The translations under genes were made by a program, and so were the position numbers. A stretch of DNA of 64,000 bases from an uncultured Bacteroidia bacterium. Its GTDB lineage: Bacteria > Bacteroidota > Bacteroidia > Bacteroidales > UBA932. The notes beneath the pieces are model-generated. The model was not told the DNA's origin, did not search any database, and saw only the letters and a program-made list of their open reading frames with translations. Shown here piece by piece: positions 10,100 to 19,432 of the stretch; within the stretch, counting starts at the first letter, position 1, and each line of letters opens with the position of its first letter. The stretch spans positions 53,978 to 117,977 of the forward strand of contig CACXKV010000002.1 of NCBI GenBank assembly GCA_902768365.1, written 5' to 3'.

Positions 10100-11251
10100 T
10101 TAGTTAATATCGATTGTTCCAGCGCTTTCAGTATCCCAGCCGGTAACAGCTGCGGTGAAGTAGATGGGCTTAGGACCAACGGTGATGGTGTATGACACCT
10201 GGAGGTTCTTGTTCCAGGTAATCCTTGCATCGCCATTCTTGATATCATAAAGGTCGATAGTCTTCGTGTTGGTCACGACGGCACCAGTTCCAGTCTGGAC
10301 AGTCCAGGTAACTGTAATCTTCTGAGTACCAGCGGCAATGGTCTGAGGAACCATCAAGAAGTTATCGCCGAGAGTACAAGCGGTAGCAGTGGTGCTAAGA
10401 GGAATCTCATTCGTTGAAGGAGCAGGAGTAGCACCATTGATATACACATCAAATGTGGCAGGAGTGGTAGCTGTGCCCCAATCATACGAGAAAGAACCGG
10501 CATTAGCAGTTGCACCCGCAGTATAAGCAGTAGTAAGGGTGTTGGTCTTGTTAACTCCGCTGAGCTGTGCACCAACAAGCTTAACAGTTGTATTTGCATC
10601 GGTATTGTCGGTCTTGAAATAGAAACGGACCTTGGTCAGCGTGTGCTTGAAAGTAAAGTCCACAGTACCCTCAGCACCAGATTTGTATGAACTGTTAGTG
10701 TGTCCATAATACTGATCTGCTACAACGGGAGCAACCATGAAATCGATCTGATTTGCAGCTACAGTCTGCGCAGTGAATGTAGTCTCACCAAGACCATTGG
10801 TGGGCATGGTAATGCCGGTTCCATTTGCAGGATAGTATGCAAAGAAGGACAATCCGGAAGGTGTGTCACCAGAAGGCCAGTACTGAACAGGGTTACCGTC
10901 AGAATAATACCCCTTGGCAGAGACATTTGCAGAACCGTCTGCTCCAGCAGTTGCGCCCTTGAAAGTAACAGGAACGTTATTCATGAAGTTGGGAGCGCCA
11001 GTACCATTAAAGAGGGTGTTGTTCGCAACCATCCATGAGTATACGCCAAAAGTGGTATTGTTGACAAGGTTAGTGGCAGTAGTACCATCAACATAATAAC
11101 CAGTATTTGCCTTCGTGATAGCACGAGGGGTATAGGAGCTGAATCCGATAGGCATGTTCCCATCGTTTTCGCTAACCGTAGAGGTTTCGAACTTGGCGCA
11201 GGAGACCAGAGCGAGTGCAGCTGCTGCTGCGAGGATCATGTACTTTTTCAT
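10100..11251 (-). CDS. fimbrillin-family major pilin (paralog)
   Basis: Lipobox LVSC, PIGF..ITKA, QYWP, SFFAYYP, FKHTLTKV, C-terminal VTGW. Confidence 0.88.
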   Translation of the reverse strand: MKKYMILAAAAALALVSCAKFETSTVSENDGNMPIGFSSYTPRAITKANTGYYVDGTTATNLVNNTTFGVYSWMVANNTLFNGTGAPNFMNNVPVTFKGATAGADGSANVSAKGYYSDGNPVQYWPSGDTPSGLSFFAYYPANGTGITMPTNGLGETTFTAQTVAANQIDFMVAPVVADQYYGHTNSSYKSGAEGTVDFTFKHTLTKVRFYFKTDNTDANTTVKLVGAQLSGVNKTNTLTTAYTAGATANAGSFSYDWGTATTPATFDVYINGATPAPSTNEIPLSTTATACTLGDNFLMVPQTIAAGTQKITVTWTVQTGTGAVVTNTKTIDLYDIKNGDARITWNKNLQVSYTITVGPKPIYFTAAVTGWDTESAGTIDIN

Positions 11252-11332
11252 AATACTTTTTTGTGTTTTTATTTGTTAATATCTTTTTTGCTTTTTCTTT
11301 TCTTCTGTTTTGCCGACCATTCGGCCTATATA

Positions 11333-12463
11333 TTAAATTGGTATGTCAACTTCAACTTCATCTTCCCAGTCTTCTACCGCTGCAAGGAATCCTCCTCCGC
11401 CTCCTCCACTTGGCTTCACATCCGGCAGCACAATCACAGGTTCCTCGGCGCTACCGAATATCAGCCTGTACATTGCGCGGTAGCCAACATTAGGAGGCAG
11501 CAGTTTAATCTTGTCGCCGGTGTTGAACACATAGTCGGCGGTTGTCTTGTCGTCTATCAGCAGGGCGCTCACATTGAGAGTGGAGTCGCGCTTTGCGCTG
11601 GGCACCTCGCCATTCGGCAGGCCGAAGGTGGTGATGATGCCGTCCACGTGGCCGATGCGGTTGGCTTCGTCGTCAATGGTGAGGGTCCACTGGTTGATGA
11701 TCTGGATGGCTTCCTCACTGCCGGTCACACCCTGGGTGAGCTCGAAGGTGCGGGCCATACCGCTGTTGGATGCACGCACGGCCTTCAGCACATCGGCATT
11801 CTTGGCGTAGATGGACACCCACATCTGGCTCACGATGCTCTTCGGGTGGACCGGGATGCGGATGGTATAGTATTCAACCCTCTCTTCGTAGTAGGCGAGA
11901 TCGTCGTCATCGTCCTCGGTCTTATTCGTCACGGCCTTGGTCTTGGTCTTCCCGGAGGCGGCGGCCATCTTCTTGAGGTATGAATAGTAGTACTGGTAAT
12001 CCTCAGTCATCTTGGTGGTGATCTCGAACTCGTCGGACACGCCGGCGCACATCACCTCAGGGTTCTCAACCACTTCCTCTTCGGATCCGCGGGTGGCCCA
12101 GGTGGCTACCGTGGAGCGGAGGGTGGTGGCGGCATTGTAGAAGTCGGTCATGTGATCGAACTGCTGACGCCAGTATTCCTCAGGGCTCTGGGAGATCATG
12201 AACATCTTGTAGTGGCCTTCGGGGAGCTGCACTGTGCAGGAGTCCACGTTGGCAGTGGTGATGGAAGTGTAGTACTCGCCATCGCGGAAGAAGTACATGG
12301 TGACACCGCTGGGCTTGATTCCCTCGGGATAAGCCTCGACTGTCCAGAGGACCTTCACAATAACACGCACGGTGCTGCTGTAAATATTCTCGAGCGGGCG
12401 GCGCTGGCATCCCACGAGAACCGCAATGGCGGCAAGCACGATTATCCACAGTTTCTTTCTCAT
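11333..12463 (-). CDS. DUF5119-type pilus-associated lipoprotein
   Basis: LVGCQRRPL lipobox, PSGVTMYFF, ITTFG, C-terminal GGGF..VEDWEDE; located next to DUF3575. Confidence 0.8.
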   Translation of the reverse strand: MRKKLWIIVLAAIAVLVGCQRRPLENIYSSTVRVIVKVLWTVEAYPEGIKPSGVTMYFFRDGEYYTSITTANVDSCTVQLPEGHYKMFMISQSPEEYWRQQFDHMTDFYNAATTLRSTVATWATRGSEEEVVENPEVMCAGVSDEFEITTKMTEDYQYYYSYLKKMAAASGKTKTKAVTNKTEDDDDDLAYYEERVEYYTIRIPVHPKSIVSQMWVSIYAKNADVLKAVRASNSGMARTFELTQGVTGSEEAIQIINQWTLTIDDEANRIGHVDGIITTFGLPNGEVPSAKRDSTLNVSALLIDDKTTADYVFNTGDKIKLLPPNVGYRAMYRLIFGSAEEPVIVLPDVKPSGGGGGGFLAAVEDWEDEVEVDIPI

Positions 12464-15288
12464 CGTCCGTTCCTCCTTTCTGTGTTGAAAATGTACTTGA
12501 TGCTGATTCCAGCCTTGGTGGGGCCGAGCCAGGTCATCTTACCGTGATTGCGATAGAGAAGGTGCTGGTCGGTGGAGTCGCCAACGTAGTAGCGGTAGTG
12601 AGTTCCGAGCCAACCTGCGCCCACATAGGCGTCGAGCCTCCAGGCCTGACCGAGCTTCCATGCGTAGCCGTATTCAATGCCCACGGTTTGGAATTCACCC
12701 TGCCAACCCTTGTGCTTAGGCTCGATATCGTAGTATCCGGCGCCCAGGTCAATACCGACAAAGTGGCCGGAAAGGATATCCATGGGAACCTTGGAATTGT
12801 GACGGGACAGCCAGTAACGGGAACCGATGTCCCACTTGAGGATCTGCCATGCCTGGTTGTTGCCTTTGGTAACCCACCAGGGGAAGGCGTAATCTATAAA
12901 TGTGCTCCACTTGTTGCCGATGGGGAATTCCAACGACACGTTGGGAGTAAAGCGGAATCCGTCCGTTACACCAAAGAGGTCGTAAACCAGATTGGTGGAA
13001 ACGGCAAAGCGAGGATACTTGACGGCGGGTGCCGGAGTAATATTGAGTACATCCTCGGTGAGCCTCAGGGTGGTGTCTGCAACCACGATGGGTTCGTCAT
13101 CAACAGTAATGTCTGCCGGCTGAGCGGTGGGCATGGCCGGTTCTGCAGGTGCCTCTTTGTGTTTGACTTCGGCACGGGCATTGCGCAGGCTGGGGAAGAC
13201 CTCGTTGAGGAGGTGTTCCCACTCAGGGAGTTCACGCATCCTAGCTTCCTTTTCATCAGGATCAGCGGGGGAAACGATAATAGAGAGAATTTTGCTGCGG
13301 GATGAATCCGAAAGCTCTTCGTCACTCTCAACGGCGGCTTTGAGGTCTTCCCAGGCCTCGCCGGCAGAACGTACTGTTATTTTGTTTTTAAGCTCAGGAT
13401 ACCTGGCTACTATATAATCGTAGACGGCCTGTCCACGCTGCTTTGCGCAACGCTCGTTAACGGTGACAGTGCCGTCGGGAGATGTCTTTGCAAGAATTTC
13501 GATGGACTCGATCTCATCGGTGCCGCGGCTTTCGATAAGAGAGATGAGCTCGTCGAGGGCCTCTCCGTTGGTGCCGTAGTTCCTGTCGACAGAAACAGAG
13601 TTGAGATCGAAGAAGACAGCCTCAGTGGAGGTGGGGATTGCCCTCTTGACGGTGTCCTTTGCAGGCTGATCGCTTGCAGGCTGCACACCATCCTCTGCCT
13701 TTCCGGCCTTCTTGATAGAAACGCTTGCCCTGTGCAGGCCGGGGAAGATATCCTCAGAGAGGTGCTTCCACTCGGGGCGATTGCGAAGAGCAGCCTCTTT
13801 TTCGTCTGCAGAAGCGGTGGAATCGATGATGGAAAGGATTTCACTGCGTGATTCTGAGGAAAGAGTGACGTCTTCCTTAACTGCGGCCTTGAGTTCATCC
13901 CAAGCTTCACCGGCGGAACGCATGGTGATCTTGCTTTCAAGCTCTGGATACCTGGCCACGATATAATCATAGGCAGCCTGCGCGCGCTTGGCGGCAAGGA
14001 TGTCGTTTTCAGTTACAGGGCCCTCAGGAGAGGCCATAGCAACGATTTCGATGGACTCGATGCCTTCCACGCCTAGTTTCTCGATTGTTGCAGCAAGATT
14101 GTCAAGGGCCTGGGCATTAGTGCTGAAGTCCCTATCGACCTCAGAAGAGGTAAGATCGAACAGGATATCCTCTTCAGAAGCAGGAACCACCTTCATAGCA
14201 GAACCTTCACTCTTATTAACACACACGCGCGCTTGATGCAGACCGGGAAAGATGTCCTCAGAGATGTGCTTCCACTCAGGGAGATTGCGAAGAGCAGCCT
14301 CTTTTTCGTCTGCAGAAGTGGTGGAATCAATGATGGAAAGGATTTCACTGCGGGATTCTGCGGAGAGAGTGGCATCTTCCTTAACTGCGGACTTGAGGCC
14401 ATCCCAAGTTTCGCCGATAGAACGTACGGTGATCTTGCCTTCGAGTTCAGGGAACCTTGCAACAATATATTCACGTGCGGCTTGCGCGCGCTTGGAAGCA
14501 AGGATATCATTTTCTGCCACAGAGCCCTCAGGAGAGGCCATAGCAACGATTTCGATGGAATCGATGCCGTCTGCGCCGAGGCTCTGGATGGTGGCTGCAA
14601 GATTGTCGAGGAACTGGGCGTTGGTGCCGAAGTTCCTGTCAACTTCTACAGAGTTGATGTCGAAGAGGATGGCGTCCAGAGCAGCAACATCTGCCTTATC
14701 AGTACCCTCTGCAGCGAAACCGGTGAATCGGATTTCAGCATAGCGGAGGGTGCGGAAGTAGTTGGAGTAGAGGTACTTCCAAGACTGAAGAGCACCAAGC
14801 TTCTTTTCCTTAGCATCGGCAGAGTCATTGGAATCAATGATCTGGAGCATTGCAGCCTTGGCGCTCTCTGAAAGGCGAGAGTCTGCCACAACTGCTGCAC
14901 GAAGTGCCTCCCAGGCCTCCGCATTGGGGTTAACGCTGATTTTTCCATCGAGCTGAGGATAGCGGGCAACAAGGTACTTGGCGATAGCTTTTGCACGACG
15001 GGTGGAGAGGTTGAGATTGTAGTTAAAGTTACCCTCAGGAGAGGAGAAAGTGGCAATCTCAAGGGCCTCGGAATGACCACCGGCGAAGACAGCGTCGATG
15101 GCGCTAAAAGCCTCAGCATTAGAGAGATAGGCGGGATCCACAACGGCGTTGTCGAATCTATAATAGATACGCTGAGTGGACTCCTGCGCGCGTATAAAAA
15201 AAGACTGACCGAACATCAACGCAACCACCAGGGCAGCTTTCAGGCCTGCCTTGGTGACTGTTACGAGAGTGTTCGTCAAAAAATTCAT
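12460..15288 (-). CDS. DUF3575 outer-membrane barrel protein with four N-terminal OmpA-like domains
   Basis: Four repeats of F..S.VD..N..SPEG..N..L..RA..E.W, followed by AVSTNLVYD..TPNVSLEFPIG..WLGPTKAGISI (DUF3575). Confidence 0.85.
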   Translation of the reverse strand: MNFLTNTLVTVTKAGLKAALVVALMFGQSFFIRAQESTQRIYYRFDNAVVDPAYLSNAEAFSAIDAVFAGGHSEALEIATFSSPEGNFNYNLNLSTRRAKAIAKYLVARYPQLDGKISVNPNAEAWEALRAAVVADSRLSESAKAAMLQIIDSNDSADAKEKKLGALQSWKYLYSNYFRTLRYAEIRFTGFAAEGTDKADVAALDAILFDINSVEVDRNFGTNAQFLDNLAATIQSLGADGIDSIEIVAMASPEGSVAENDILASKRAQAAREYIVARFPELEGKITVRSIGETWDGLKSAVKEDATLSAESRSEILSIIDSTTSADEKEAALRNLPEWKHISEDIFPGLHQARVCVNKSEGSAMKVVPASEEDILFDLTSSEVDRDFSTNAQALDNLAATIEKLGVEGIESIEIVAMASPEGPVTENDILAAKRAQAAYDYIVARYPELESKITMRSAGEAWDELKAAVKEDVTLSSESRSEILSIIDSTASADEKEAALRNRPEWKHLSEDIFPGLHRASVSIKKAGKAEDGVQPASDQPAKDTVKRAIPTSTEAVFFDLNSVSVDRNYGTNGEALDELISLIESRGTDEIESIEILAKTSPDGTVTVNERCAKQRGQAVYDYIVARYPELKNKITVRSAGEAWEDLKAAVESDEELSDSSRSKILSIIVSPADPDEKEARMRELPEWEHLLNEVFPSLRNARAEVKHKEAPAEPAMPTAQPADITVDDEPIVVADTTLRLTEDVLNITPAPAVKYPRFAVSTNLVYDLFGVTDGFRFTPNVSLEFPIGNKWSTFIDYAFPWWVTKGNNQAWQILKWDIGSRYWLSRHNSKVPMDILSGHFVGIDLGAGYYDIEPKHKGWQGEFQTVGIEYGYAWKLGQAWRLDAYVGAGWLGTHYRYYVGDSTDQHLLYRNHGKMTWLGPTKAGISIKYIFNTERRNGR
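13165..15170. repeat. intragenic tandem repeat, ~500-550 bp unit x4
   Basis: For example the 36-bp identity GATTGCGAAGAGCAGCCTCTTTTTCGTCTGCAGAAG at 13779 and 14283 (period 504 bp). Confidence 0.9.
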
Positions 15289-15376
15289 TACTCTGTAGAT
15301 GCGGGGTGTTTTGCCAACGTTGCGTACAAATGCAACAATTATTCAAACACACATCGCGTTTTATCGTTTCCGAGGA

Positions 15377-15407
15377 CAAAGGTATAACAAATATTTTTAT
15401 TCTCCAA
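15377..15407 (-). promoter_or_regulatory. probable pilus operon promoter
   Basis: TACCTTTG (-7) at 15384-15377 with TTG about 20 bp upstream. Confidence 0.6.
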
Positions 15408-15631
15408 CAAAAATTTGATTTTTTTTCAAAATTTTTTCGGATTCTTGCTTTTTTAATAGTTTTTAAAAATTTTTAAAATGTTGCCTTATCAGAGTAAAAA
15501 TCCTTATTCTAAGCACGTGTACGCAGGTTATACCCCCCCCCATGCCTTTAAAAAAGCTCCTAAATCGGTTCAAATTAACCATTTAGGGCAAATTTCTATT
15601 TTGAAAATAATTCGAAATAAGTTGAAAATTA

Positions 15632-15662
15632 TTTGGATTTCGGAAAAATATAGTTAATTTTG
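15632..15662 (+). promoter_or_regulatory. probable promoter of AraC genes
   Basis: TTTG-N19-TAATTTTG, the canonical Bacteroidetes -33/-7 pair. Confidence 0.7.
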
Positions 15663-15689
15663 CAAAAGAAAGCCTATTATATATAAGGT

Positions 15690-16973
15690 ATGGCATATAC
15701 TTTATTCATATTTCTTCCCGTAGCTACCTGCCTCCTTTGGCTGGTAATACACTACGTGCTGGCTTCGAGGATGGAGACATTCCCCCAAATGATGCTCCTC
15801 TGCATAAGTTGTGCAATATATCTGTTTTCGGACGCATGCCATGCCACACAGCCCAAAGGCAGCCTGCTGGACACCGGAGCGCTCATAGCCGCATTGTTTG
15901 CCGGGCCCTGCATCATCCCCCTTATTATTACATATATCAAAAAAATCTCCCACCAGTGGCACAGGCATACGCTATCGCTAATGTGGATCATGATCCCCAC
16001 AATGCTGTTTACAGCCGGCCTCCTTACGTTTTTATTGAACTTTGAGGAGCGTATAGGCCTTGCCTTTGATTATATTGCCGGTCCTGCGCTTCACAGCGTA
16101 CTTGCTATAGAATTGCTCGTTTTGATCATTTTCTCCATCAGAACCCTTCGCAATAACCGCCTTCTCCCCGGGAATGTGTTTTCTTTTATATTTAAAGGGA
16201 AGCCAATAAGCCTCGCCCGCCTGCAGATAGACTCGATTATCCCTCCTCTGCTGGTTATGGTTCTGCGAATAGTCATCTCGGACAACCTCTATACAGTTCA
16301 ATCCTGGGTTGCCATAGCTTCAGCGGCCATAATTACTTCCAGCCTGTTCATTTTTGCCACAAATGCACTGTTTGGAACCAAAACAGTAGTATCCTGGAAA
16401 GATTTCCGGGATCTAATCAGGTTCAACTACAGCACAGATGAACAAAGACATGAGACTGTAGACAGAATTCTGAACGAATTGCTGGAAGAAGCCGAGGATG
16501 ATACCCTTGAAAGAATATATAATAATCTGAAGGGCCGCTTCATCAATAACGAGTGGCAGCCCGGAGAATACGAAGGGGAGCCCATGTCGCAGCTTGCAGG
16601 TCAAAAGATTGCAATAGACACAGAAGACCTGGAAGAAGACAGCCTGATATCCCGCTTCCAAACTCTGATGACCGAGAAAAAACTCTTCCTGCAACCGAAG
16701 TTAACCTTGGATGACGTGGCTTACGAGCTGGCCTCGAACAAGACCTACGTCTCCAAGATGGTGAACAACTTCTACGGTATAGGATTCCCGGAAGTAATCA
16801 ATACCATGAGAGTCGACTATGCCGAGCAGTACATCCTTCTGCATCGCGATGCCAAGCAGAGCGAAATCGCCAAGAACTGCGGATTCATCAGTGCTTCATC
16901 GTTCAACACGGTGTTCAAGAAAGTGACCGGAATGACGCCAAAAGTCTGGGTTGCTTCTGTGGGCATAAAATAG
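15690..16973 (+). CDS. membrane-anchored AraC-family regulator
   Basis: About 6 hydrophobic N-terminal segments; C-terminal LFLQPKLTLDDVA..NKTYVS..CGF..SSFNTVFKKVTGMTP. Confidence 0.92.
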   Translation: MAYTLFIFLPVATCLLWLVIHYVLASRMETFPQMMLLCISCAIYLFSDACHATQPKGSLLDTGALIAALFAGPCIIPLIITYIKKISHQWHRHTLSLMWIMIPTMLFTAGLLTFLLNFEERIGLAFDYIAGPALHSVLAIELLVLIIFSIRTLRNNRLLPGNVFSFIFKGKPISLARLQIDSIIPPLLVMVLRIVISDNLYTVQSWVAIASAAIITSSLFIFATNALFGTKTVVSWKDFRDLIRFNYSTDEQRHETVDRILNELLEEAEDDTLERIYNNLKGRFINNEWQPGEYEGEPMSQLAGQKIAIDTEDLEEDSLISRFQTLMTEKKLFLQPKLTLDDVAYELASNKTYVSKMVNNFYGIGFPEVINTMRVDYAEQYILLHRDAKQSEIAKNCGFISASSFNTVFKKVTGMTPKVWVASVGIK

Positions 16974-17030
16974 AAATTGTAACATTAGGATTTGCAACAA
17001 GACGCGCCCTGAATACAGTAGAACCACGAA

Positions 17031-18188
17031 ATGCTTCTAACCATTTATTATTTCCTGCCTGTTATCACGTGCCTTCTTTGGGTGCTGATCCATCTGTTGA
17101 TTGCATCCAAGACAGATACTTTCCGCGTGTTTATAGCCCTGTTCCTGGCCTGCGGTTTTTACATCTTTGCCGAAGCATGTCATGCCCTGAGTGAACACGG
17201 TTCCACCTTATATGTAGTATCAACACTCATTGGTATGCTGGCGGGGCCAAGCATAGTTCCCCTGCTTATAAGGTATTTGCACCGGCTGATGCACAACACC
17301 AGGAGCGACTCCCCTATTGGCGCAATCTGGCTCATCATCCCAGCAGCGCTATTCTCGGGTGGGACCATCCTTTATATATTAGGATTTGAGGCGCAGGCAA
17401 CAGACAAAATCCACAAGATTTTCCATCTGATTACGGAGGATATCTACAACGTAGTGCTGGCAGCAGAACTCATATATCTGCTAATATTCGTAGCAATAAT
17501 ATTACGGCAAAAACGGATGATTCCGGGCACATTCTTCAGCTTCCTATTCAAAGGGAGAAGAATTGGCTTATCCCGCCTTCAGTTGGGAGTAGGCATGATT
17601 CCTATGGCCGTAATGGCAGTCAGGATAGGCTTTGGTGATAACCTTTACAGCCAAAGTACAACGGTGGCAGTTATATCAGCGACTCTTCTGTTCCTTTCGG
17701 CCTTCTTCTTCGGCTTCAACGCCCTGCTGGGGAATCATCCAATAGTAAGTATGAAGGATTTCGGCAGCCTGAACAGTTTCAACTATAACAGTGCAAAGAG
17801 AATAGAAGCCCCAGAAAGCCCCGTACAGAGCGATCAAAACCCCACGGAAGATGATGCCCTATCAGCAGACTTCAAACGCCTCATGAACGATAAGAAACTG
17901 TTCCTGCAGCCTAATCTCACCCTGGAAGACGTGGCAGATATACTGCACTCCAATAAGACCTATGTTTCGAGGATGGTGAACAACAGCTACGGCCAAGGTT
18001 TCTCCGAACTCATGAACAGAATGAGAGTGGATTACGCGAAGGAGTATATACTCTCGCATCGTTCAGCCAGACAGAGCGAAATTGCCAGGAACTGCGGGTT
18101 CCTAAGCGCCTCATCGTTCAACACGGTATTCAAGAAAGTGACCGGAACAACACCTAAGATCTGGCTCGCATCCACCGACAACGCATAA
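17031..18188 (+). CDS. membrane-anchored AraC-family regulator (paralog)
   Basis: Same architecture and a near-identical HTH to the preceding gene. Confidence 0.92.
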   Translation: MLLTIYYFLPVITCLLWVLIHLLIASKTDTFRVFIALFLACGFYIFAEACHALSEHGSTLYVVSTLIGMLAGPSIVPLLIRYLHRLMHNTRSDSPIGAIWLIIPAALFSGGTILYILGFEAQATDKIHKIFHLITEDIYNVVLAAELIYLLIFVAIILRQKRMIPGTFFSFLFKGRRIGLSRLQLGVGMIPMAVMAVRIGFGDNLYSQSTTVAVISATLLFLSAFFFGFNALLGNHPIVSMKDFGSLNSFNYNSAKRIEAPESPVQSDQNPTEDDALSADFKRLMNDKKLFLQPNLTLEDVADILHSNKTYVSRMVNNSYGQGFSELMNRMRVDYAKEYILSHRSARQSEIARNCGFLSASSFNTVFKKVTGTTPKIWLASTDNA

Positions 18189-18234
18189 GAATTTGCAACA
18201 TGAGGTTTTGAAACAAACCCCATTACAGATGCTT

Positions 18235-19290
18235 CTATTGAGCTTCTACGCAGGCTGCACGCAAAGCCTTCATCTTAGATTCTACCAGGCTCCGCCACGT
18301 GACACCTCCATCCAGAGCACGGATGGCAGCCTTCTTACCAGGCCCGGACAGACTCTCATCTGAAAGAATCTTAACGAGCTCATCGCGATTGTCTCCGGTG
18401 TAATCCGCCTCAACTTCGCGAGCCAAGCCAGCCCAATCTTCGCCCCTGCAAACCACCGAGATCCGGCTTTCGGGAACAGCAAATTTCTCTGCCAGGAAGG
18501 AGCGGACACAGTTCGCCCTGTTCTTCGCAAGAGTGGCATTCGCAGCGGGCGCTCCTTCGGGCGAAGAGAATGCCTCAATCTTCAGGCTCTTCCCTTCCGC
18601 CAACAGTTTCCCTATGGCTTCTATGACAGCAGCGTTATTCTCGTATTTGGGATCAACATATCGCATGCCCGCCGAAAACAGAATTCTCGGCGCAGCATCA
18701 TTTACCTCAAGTGTTGCTTTAGATGCAGGCTTTTCTTCCTCAGAAACGGATGTTTCGGTTTCAGCATCGGCATAGACCACTGTAACCTTAACGCTCCGAA
18801 GAGCAGGGAAAACACTGCGCATCATATCGTCCCAGGCTTCTCCGGCATACAGGTCCTGCAGCTTCTCTTCCCTCTCGGATGCTTTCGCCTCAGTCACAAT
18901 CTTCAGGGCCTCATCTTTCCATGCCTTCCCGGAACGGCGGAGCCATCTGGCCACGCCCGACCAATCTTCGGCAACTACCGTGCTCTTCACCGCATCTTCG
19001 CCGAGCGAAGGGCAAAGCTCCTTTACCTTATTTATAATAAAGGTGGCACGATTCTCGGCCAGGGTCTTGTTTACCCAGTAGGGGCCGTCCGGCGATGAAC
19101 TGGCGCGAACTTCCACTCCCACGATGCGGGAAGAGTCCGGACCGGCGAGCAACTGCTCAAGTGCGCTGGCATCTGCCTCTGCCTTGCCGAAACGGAAACG
19201 CACGGACGTGCTCCTGGATTCGGCCGACAGACTCACCGCCCCTGCTACAAGCAGGAGGGATGATGCCAGTATTTTCCTGAACAGTTTCAT
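18235..19290 (-). CDS. periplasmic protein with two OmpA-like domains
   Basis: Signal peptide; two SSP(D/E)G..N.TLA.NRA..EDW units homologous to the DUF3575 repeats. Confidence 0.8.
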   Translation of the reverse strand: MKLFRKILASSLLLVAGAVSLSAESRSTSVRFRFGKAEADASALEQLLAGPDSSRIVGVEVRASSSPDGPYWVNKTLAENRATFIINKVKELCPSLGEDAVKSTVVAEDWSGVARWLRRSGKAWKDEALKIVTEAKASEREEKLQDLYAGEAWDDMMRSVFPALRSVKVTVVYADAETETSVSEEEKPASKATLEVNDAAPRILFSAGMRYVDPKYENNAAVIEAIGKLLAEGKSLKIEAFSSPEGAPAANATLAKNRANCVRSFLAEKFAVPESRISVVCRGEDWAGLAREVEADYTGDNRDELVKILSDESLSGPGKKAAIRALDGGVTWRSLVESKMKALRAACVEAQ

Positions 19291-19296
19291 AACTCG

Positions 19297-19370
19297 TCGG
19301 GGTAATAGGACTCGAACCTACGACCCTCTGCTCCCAAAGCAGATGCGCTAGCCAACTGCGCCACACCCCG
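19297..19370 (-). tRNA. tRNA-Pro(TGG)
   Basis: CGGGGTGTGGCGCAGTTGGCTAGCGCATCTGCTTTGGGAGCAGAGGGTCGTAGGTTCGAGTCCTATTACCCCGA folds into a cloverleaf. Confidence 0.96.
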
Positions 19371-19379
19371 TAGGTCTTA

Positions 19380-19407
19380 CAAATATAGTAAAAAGTTCCT
19401 ATATTTG
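19380..19407. promoter_or_regulatory. back-to-back divergent -7 elements (tRNA-Pro / lolD)
   Basis: TATATTTG on the minus strand (19387-19380) and the plus strand (19400-19407). Confidence 0.7.
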
Positions 19408-19432
19408 CGTAGATTCTTTCGCTTCGCTCAGA

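Noticed and set aside
563-19370. Classical tRNA-integrated element or prophage with attL/attR
   Set aside because: I saw no duplicated 3' fragment of tRNA-Val or tRNA-Pro by eye, and there are no phage, relaxase or conjugation genes.
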